From positions 7,006,001-7,070,000 of the forward strand of contig OZ024763.1 in NCBI GenBank assembly GCA_964016885.1: DNA of 64,000 bases. Direction: 5' to 3'. Source of the DNA: Eledone cirrhosa. Lineage: Eukaryota. This document shows positions 63,923-64,000 of the stretch, piece after piece; positions within the stretch are counted from its first letter, which is position 1; each line of letters begins with the position of its first letter. The position numbers were made by a program, and so were the translations under genes. The notes beneath the pieces are model-generated. The model was not told where the DNA came from, did not search any database, and saw nothing but the letters and a program-made list of their open reading frames with translations.

Positions 63923-64000
63923 TGTTTACAGAGAGATTTTCTCAGGATTTCCTCCCACATCCTGTTTCATTTTTTTATACTAAAACATCCACTCAAATAA

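Overview
Repeat-saturated eukaryotic DNA, intergenic or deep intronic. The SINE, MITE and microsatellite landscape looks to me like an octopod cephalopod genome (inference, no database search). I can support no host protein-coding gene. Nearly all ORFs in the track are translated micro/minisatellites; the only real protein-coding remnants are 3' fragments of three RTE-clade LINE families. The window also holds tRNA-derived SINEs, piggyBac-like (TTAA) and Tc1/mariner/pogo-like (TA) MITEs, and many tandem arrays, several grown from pieces of those elements. The most notable signal is a set of short inserts in (TA)n microsatellites carrying minimal type I hammerhead ribozymes: one clean solo copy (42867-42921), two back-to-back in a 522-bp palindrome (8264-8785), a covarying relative (49536-49600) and a degenerate copy (~51.3 kb). 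All but the degenerate copy share an AUA cleavage triplet, a self-complementary 8-nt stem III and a C.C mismatch at the 4th pair of stem II; all five are followed by AATAAA. Four more (TA)n-embedded inserts have a fold-back plus one-sided-tail architecture. Together these suggest a (TA)n-targeting Penelope-like or retrozyme-like system that makes palindromes on insertion. A clear twin-priming 5' inversion in an RTE LINE and a modular chimeric SINE are also visible.
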